From Candidatus Kapaibacterium sp. (GTDB lineage Bacteria; Bacteroidota; Ignavibacteria; Kapaibacteriales; UBA2268), in NCBI GenBank assembly GCA_963665665.1, contig OY762428.1, positions 512,001-576,000 on the forward strand: a DNA stretch of 64,000 nucleotides, in the 5' to 3' direction. Under the pieces are notes generated by a model. It had not been told where the DNA came from and did not search any database. It saw only the letters and a list, made by a program, of their open reading frames with translations. Of this stretch, positions 62,384-64,000 are shown one piece after another. Position numbers and translations under genes: made by a program. Within the stretch, counting starts at the first letter, position 1; every line of letters starts with the position of its first letter.

Positions 62384-62830
62384 TTAGCAATTTTTTATTT
62401 CCTTCCTGCGAAATATATTCCTCATTTTCAAATCAAGGATAATGAAAAGAGCAAGCAAAAACACACCACCAAAAATTACTGCCACCGGTGCTGTAATTAT
62501 TTCCACAGGTATTGAAAGTGGCAGGTAATTAACAGCCTTGCTGACGGACCCGGATAGCGAATTCATGGCTGTGTTGTCATGCGTATCCGAAGGTGGTGCC
62601 AGGAGAACAAGCAAAATCAAAGACGACAGGACTATACCGATAAGCATCCAGACTTTTTTTGAAATTACAGGTTTATATTCAATTATCTTTGATTTGCTTA
62701 AATCAATTTGAGACATTATCAAATCTGTCAGATTTTCAGGGGCTTTTTCAGTTCCGGCTTCCCTGATAAGCTTTCCTGCAAGTAAATCTTCTTCTATATG
62801 ATTATCGTAATATGAATTCTCTTGTTTCAT
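62384..62830 (-). CDS. Putative membrane anti-sigma factor
   Basis: Overlaps the ECF gene; KAPENLTDLIMSQI...KPVISKK plus two TM helices. Confidence 0.65.
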   Translation of the reverse strand: MKQENSYYDNHIEEDLLAGKLIREAGTEKAPENLTDLIMSQIDLSKSKIIEYKPVISKKVWMLIGIVLSSLILLVLLAPPSDTHDNTAMNSLSGSVSKAVNYLPLSIPVEIITAPVAVIFGGVFLLALFIILDLKMRNIFRRKEIKNC

Positions 62831-63377
62831 TTTTCAGTATCCTTCTCAGAACTTCAAACATTTTCTTTCGTGCGCGGAATATCCTGACTTTCACCGCCGA
62901 CCTGCCAAGCCCCGTAATTTTTGAAATTTCTTCTGTATTCATTTCATTCAGGTAAAATAGTGTCAGGATAAAGGCATCAGTTTCATTGAGTTTATCCATT
63001 GCTTCCCTGATTATTTTTTTTCTTTCCTCTGATTCCAGGTTTTCAATTCCGATATTTATATCAGTCAGGCCGTAATTCTCATTATCGTCAATACTGACCT
63101 TGCTGATATTGTATTCGGCTTTTCTGTATTTCGACACATAAGTAGTATAAATAATTCTATAAAGATATGTCGAAAATTTAGAATCTCCCCGGAAATTATC
63201 AATATTATTTATTGCTTTCAGGAATGCATCCTGTACAATTTCCTCGGCATCCTCCCTGGTGCGTGCCAGCCTGAGGGCCAGGTTAAAAGCAAAATCCCGA
63301 TGCCCGTCTATCAGCTCCCTGATAGCAGCAGAATCTTTGTTCTTAATTTTTTTTATATCGTACTTTTTTCTTTCCAT
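62802..63377 (-). CDS. ECF RNA polymerase sigma factor
   Basis: DAEEIVQDAFLKA, FRGDSKFSTYLYRI, EEIS...VKVRIFRARK. Confidence 0.92.
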   Translation of the reverse strand: MERKKYDIKKIKNKDSAAIRELIDGHRDFAFNLALRLARTREDAEEIVQDAFLKAINNIDNFRGDSKFSTYLYRIIYTTYVSKYRKAEYNISKVSIDDNENYGLTDINIGIENLESEERKKIIREAMDKLNETDAFILTLFYLNEMNTEEISKITGLGRSAVKVRIFRARKKMFEVLRRILKNETREFILR

Positions 63378-63405
63378 TTAAACCTGTTTTGCTGTCATAG
63401 TATTT

Positions 63406-63432
63406 GACGCGCCGTACCGATAATCGGTTACA
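63406..63432 (-). promoter_or_regulatory. ECF-type autoregulatory promoter TGTAAC-N17-CGTC
   Basis: Directly upstream of the ECF sigma gene. Confidence 0.5.
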
Positions 63433-63553
63433 TAAATGCAGTAATTTAAAAAAAATCAGGTAAATTGGAAATTGCAACGAAAAAACATTGTTGTAAATCC
63501 TGATTATAACTTTACGACAGATTTACAACAAAAAGGTAAATAATTATTTTGAA

Positions 63554-64000
63554 TCATCTCAGAGAAAATCTTACCGGTATTTCTATCCACGAATCCTCAG
63601 GTTCATCATCAATTATACTTGGTTTGAAATATTTGAATGTTTTGGCAGATAATTTTAAAGCACAATTCAAAGCAGCTTCAATAAACTCGGCGGAATTATC
63701 TTTTTGATATTTGATAATTGCAATTTTTCCTTCTTTAGTAAGCAAAATGCGAAAAGATACAATTTCTTCACGATTCAGCGTCAGCATATTCTCAGGATAA
63801 ACTAAGCAGTTCTGTAAGGATTCAATGTCAACAGAAGGATTAACCTGATAATCCGTATGAAATGCTTCATTCCCGAGGCTGTCAAAGCAAGTTCCGGAAA
63901 CAAACACCCTGTCGTTGAATATATCATCTCTTTTCAACTGCCCGTTTTGGTAATAGGTTTTCACACTCGAGTATAAATTCTTATTCTGATAATATTCAAC
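63554..64000 (-). CDS. TonB C-terminal-domain protein with MORN-variant repeat; partial, 5' end outside the window
   Basis: Frame open to position 64000; TYYQNGQLKR; LVYPE...F...KEG...FKPS...IPVRFSL. Confidence 0.7.
   Translation of the reverse strand, partial: VEYYQNKNLYSSVKTYYQNGQLKRDDIFNDRVFVSGTCFDSLGNEAFHTDYQVNPSVDIESLQNCLVYPENMLTLNREEIVSFRILLTKEGKIAIIKYQKDNSAEFIEAALNCALKLSAKTFKYFKPSIIDDEPEDSWIEIPVRFSLR

Overview
AT-rich bacterial chromosome segment, most likely from the Bacteroidota/Chlorobiota/Ignavibacteria-Kapabacteria group. This is inferred from a T9SS C-terminal domain protein, TAnnTTTG-type promoters and SD-led genes. Most of the window is housekeeping: nuoE, hpnC/hpnD, secDF, etfAB, uvrA, rlmI-like, a DUF134/NifB-NifX/4Fe-4S ATPase operon, dapB, amidase, L,D-transpeptidase, patatin-Omp85, U32 peptidase, umuD, PiT, hemW, lepB x2, lepA, two ECF sigma modules, a PAS/GAF hybrid kinase and nuoC. 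There is also a 1886-aa secreted T9SS protein. No rRNA, tRNA or CRISPR array was recognised. The standout feature is a composite intergenic element present twice in inverted orientation (about 33.66-35.18 kb and 60.44-61.68 kb). Each copy has two related 21-nt tandem arrays running outwards on opposite strands from a GAACATGTTC palindrome that supplies ATG-TTC on both strands. Each also has an identical 56-bp core and a 242-nt gap-free conserved tail, and is wrapped in several REP/REPIN-like hairpin families. The repeat unit is homogenised to a different sequence in each copy (KVNQVFS x13 versus EVKQAWD x9), while the amphipathic heptad pattern and both termini are kept.
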